A stretch of 64,000 nt of DNA from Phyllosticta citribraziliensis. Taxonomy: Eukaryota. The notes beneath the pieces were generated by a model. That model was not told the origin of the DNA and made no database searches. It worked only from the letters and a program-made list of their open reading frames with translations. This document shows positions 60,290 to 64,000 of this stretch, piece after piece. The stretch is taken from positions 868,001 to 932,000 of the forward strand of contig NW_027117340.1 of NCBI RefSeq assembly GCF_038025025.1, read 5' to 3'. Numbering within the stretch: the first letter of the stretch is position 1; each line of letters opens with the position of its first letter. The translations under genes were made by a program, and so were the position numbers.

Positions 60290-62090
60290 AATTTTTTGCT
60301 CTTAAATTCCGCAATTTGGTAACACTGCATGCGCCATGGCGCGCCTGCCCCTGCGCCTCGTCCGCTTTCTAGAAAAGATACGCGCCCTGTCCCTCAGCTT
60401 GGCCGTCTGCTTGACCAAACTGAATTGCTTGACCATTACCTAACCTCCGCTCCGATCGTCCCGCTACCACCCGCCTGACCAGAACCTACCATCTTTCTCG
60501 CCTTGCTTGTTGTCGCCTCATACACCGGCAGAGCCGCTGGCGAAAGCAGACATGATGCCGCGTCATGACGAAACGCCGTCTGATTCTGACCGACCAAGCC
60601 GGCCTCGTCACCATCCGGAAACCCGTGACCGATCCGGCCGTTGGAAGGCCGCATTTCGCAGGCAGAGATAGGTACTCACAGGTGGTCCCTGCACGCGAGC
60701 AGCTTCCTGAATCCGAGAGAGCAAAACGTCGTTTCACATGCCAACTGCACCAATGGCCAGCCAGCAGTTGTCCAGTCTGTCTGACGCCGGCCGACTTACG
60801 GTGCCGTGGACCGCAGCTCGGTCCGAACTATCCGTCGACCCTGGCCCTGGCTCTGGCCCTGGCCCTGGACCTTCGCCAAACTACCTACTCATGCACCCCG
60901 CCTACTGCTACTTTCCATCACGACCGCTCTCATTGGCCGAGAAAGCCAGGGTCCTCCAGCTTGGTCTCTACCATCCACATGCCGGACTGATTAAAGGGAG
61001 GGTCGACAAAAGGGGGTGTCCAGGGTCCGAGAACCACAACGTGGTTTGACATACCGTCGACCTCTCCGATTGCCGGATACGGCAGGTTTCACGGCGTAAA
61101 CCCCGCGACACTTCTTTCTATTACACATTTTTCGACCACCACCGCTGCACCGCCAGCCACCCATCGGCAGGTCCATCACCTCCGTCGGGCTCTTCTTCCC
61201 CTAACCCTAGACCAATCCACAGACCATCTGCCCCATGCTCATACACCAACCAACTAACACCATCCGTCTTCCAACGGCCGCTTGGCACGCTGCACGCAAG
61301 CCCGCCCGCCCGCCCACCATCCATCCGCGATGCATCCCGTCCGCCAACTAGGCCATCCATCCACCGACGCCAAACTCAGCCTCCAACGGGGCCCCTTGGC
61401 ACATGGCCCGACTCGCCTCGGCGCAGGCCCGCTGCTGCATCCGCCCTTCCACGTGTGCCTGCCCGGCACCAAGGCCTGACAGCGTGGAAGCATTGCGCCT
61501 ATCTGTCGACGTGATTTGCTACGTTGGCAAGAGGCTAGTTACGTAGGTGGTGTCTTGTCGGCTGTGGGTTGCGTTGAGTGTGACATTTGTAGCTCTTCCC
61601 GTGGCACCTCGTTGTGCAGACTATGGCGTGTCCGTCGCCTTGACTAAGCAGTGCGAGGGGGCGGGGAGGGGCAGGAATCGAGGAGCATTGAGACATCAGA
61701 TGTGCAGGTAAGTAGGTAGGCAGGCAAGGCATCTGTAGATCCCTTGGACGATATACATCTTCGATGCCGTTTTTTGGTCTGTTGTCCGGATTGTGGCTCG
61801 AAAGGACATCAAGCGCCGCCTTTTTGACGCGTTTGTTGGTTTGCGGGGTGTTTCGGAACTGAGGTGATTGGGTGCTGGAGAAGCTGCTGAGTATTTTTGG
61901 TGTTTGATAGTCGGCGGTGTGGATTTCTGTGGCTTGTCGCTGCCGCTGGCGGTAGGCGCTGGTGCATGATATTAGTCGTCTGCCGTGAGTTTGACTTGGG
62001 CTTTACTGAACAGGCGTGAACTGAGTGCCATGTCTGTTTTGATATGAAACGTGTTCAGCGAATGTGTACAGTCAGTTCATCATTTGCGGT
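60050..62090 (+). ncRNA. TER: Candidate telomerase RNA (TER), ends approximate
   Basis: Template CCCTAACCCTA (61199-61209), pseudoknot-compatible element 61762-61812, P6 (61950-61985) + P6.1 (61986-61998) junction, nested long-range helices 60128-60183 with 61857-61923, and no credible protein ORF. Confidence 0.65.
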
Positions 62091-62248
62091 AGGTCTTGGT
62101 AGTTTGAGGACGATGACGATGCTTGAAGAAAAAATCTCCGTGTTCCTTGCGTGCCTGCTCCTCTTGAAACAGAGAGTGAATACTTCACCTACATGGACTT
62201 GCAGTCGTCATTCCTTCTCCTGAGATCTGTCCTTCCACCTTCACAAAA

Positions 62249-64000
62249 TCACCCCTTCCACTTAATATTCAACCAATAATGCCACTCAGGTTTGCGCCAC
62301 CACATCAACATCGACAAAACCCAGAATCCCATTCCGGCAAGCCCCCACAAGGAAGACAGCCCCTCCTCCGCATCGGCGCCCAATGCTCTGCTAGTAGCAA
62401 ATCGACCAAACGCAACAATGACACTTAGAATGAACATCAATATCCAGTAGCAAAAGGCTTTCCAGTTGTTCTCTTGCGCTGCGAGCTTGAGTTGTGAAAC
62501 AACAAAAATCCCGTACAAACCTAGGCTGAACAAGGCGACAGGAAGCCATAATGAACTCGCAGTTGAGGCTCTGTATCAGAGTGAGATAAAATCAAACGTC
62601 TTTGTGTGCGCAGGCTGTTGGGGAACGACGTAGGGCCGGTAGTAAGAAAAAGGTTTGACACATACGTTAAGCTTAGATGAGCCAACCAAATGCGCCACAA
62701 ATAGCTATAGCGGGTCAGAAAACGAATCAACCAACGAATAGTCGCGCCGCCGACCGAAGGCAAGACACCGAAGCCCAAAGTCAACGGGATAGATATGGCC
62801 CAAAAGGTGTTCAGGTCGAAGGACTGGTTGCCACCTCGCGTTGCGGTCTCTGTAATGTTGCTCCCGATAGTCTTGTTGAGATCTGTTGGATCGATGAAAG
62901 TCTGGTTCGTCCACGTAGATACTTCGCCGTCTAGTTGATTGATGTTCATACCGAAAAAGGACTGTCATGAGCTTATAATCAGCGGTCCGCATCGATTTTG
63001 ATGTTTCTCTTTCTCTCTTTTTCATGGGCTTTTTCTTTTGATGCGTCACCTACCGAAACAAATGACATTGGAATGAAGAGACCTGCGAGCAAAGTCAGGC
63101 CCGTTGTCCGCCGCATTTGCATCAGATCTAGCAGCTCTTTAAGCGTCTGGCGAATCCGCTCGGTTTCTTTGGCGAGTCTGTTCAACTCCACAGCGAAATA
63201 GTCGAGATCCTTGGCGAAATTGGCGATGTCTTGGAGATGTTCCCTGTGTTCATCTGCCATCGAGATGTCGAAGTTACCACGGAGATACCCCAGCAGTCGA
63301 TCCACGGTTACATTATTCGTGTGACAGGCCAAAAGCGCACTTCGCCTGCAGTCTTCGAGATGCACCACGTGTTGTAGCTTGCTCGCAGAAGGGTATTTGC
63401 GACCATCAACATCCTATGCCGGACTTAGCTGTATGTTCCAATCGTTATCCGGATTTACCGTATGTCACTCACTAATCTGTACAGCTCTCTCAAGGTCTTT
63501 TCCACAAGAGCGATATAGCAATCTCGCATGTGCCTCACAGCAGATAGCGTGACTTCTATTACCTGGCCATGCCATGTTTTGGCATTGGGCAATTGCCCAA
63601 GATCGTGTGAATTAGGTGCAAGCAGCAAGATTTTGCGGGTGCTTTTGCACTGATGGTGGAATAGACAAATGTTGAGTTGATTCATCCTGGGAAATCCTGC
63701 AAAGGGTCTGAAGACGTAGACGTGAAGGTCCGATGTGAATGATATGATAGTCTTCTTCGTTGGGTACTCAAAAGCGAAAATGTCTCGAGTGGTGAGCTCC
63801 GGACCAACCTCAGGGCTTGAAGAGGGCAGGCCAGCCTTCCACAGGCTCACTTTGTGTATGCGCGGGAATTCATGCGTATAACGATGCGCTCGTTGTTGAC
63901 CCAAAAGGAGGCTGAGTTCGAGAGTATGGTTTGGCCGGAGGTTCCATTCCAGCGCTGCTTCGCGGATGACATAGTGTCTCATAATCCTCGCAACGTTCTC
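62249..64000 (-). CDS. CorA-like (GMN-motif) membrane protein, 5'-truncated by window, multi-exon
   Basis: Helical region then TLLAGLFIPMSFVS/SFFGMN across an intron, followed by FWAISIPLT and further TM segments. Stop at 62249. Confidence 0.75.

Noticed and set aside
59684..61732. Protein-coding ORFs in the region upstream of the TamA-like gene
   Set aside because: Low-complexity translations driven by microsatellites, with no domain motifs. An ncRNA interpretation fits better.
61893..61900. AUUUUUGG Sm-site match as the TER 3' end
   Set aside because: It lies upstream of the P6/P6.1 junction and within the long-range paired arm, so its position is inconsistent with a terminal Sm site.

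Overview
Filamentous ascomycete (Pezizomycotina-type) nuclear DNA. Bases 1-~7600 are an AT-rich, TpA-saturated block of RIP-mutated Ty3/Gypsy (chromovirus) relics, with three stacked 3' ends (PPT+LTR) and a ~2.58 kb self-nested duplication. After a sharp GC step at ~7600 comes a gene-dense euchromatic segment with 17 mostly intron-containing genes: SET-domain protein, TspO/MBR, Ars2/SERRATE, PX-domain protein, mitochondrial mL54/L37, HapB, Rad17, a giant coiled-coil/repeat protein, kinesin-3, Trm5, Tma22/DENR, a SesA/HeLo-like+ankyrin protein, Bub2/Cdc16, SulP sulfate permease, Erv46, a TamA/Dal81-like Zn2Cys6 factor and a partial CorA-like gene. Two signals are not explained by ordinary gene calls. 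(1) The TamA/Dal81-like stop codon lies in a canonical readthrough context (UGA-CAA-UUA plus a perfect 8-bp GC stem-loop) and is followed by 78 in-frame codons encoding an acidic/aromatic tail. (2) The ~2 kb ORF-poor region divergent from that gene (~60050-62090, + strand) has the ordered hallmarks of a telomerase RNA: an 11-nt TTAGGG template, a U-rich/A-rich pseudoknot-compatible element, a P6/P6.1 three-way junction and nested 5'-3' long-range helices. All calls were made by eye; no searches or folding programs were run.
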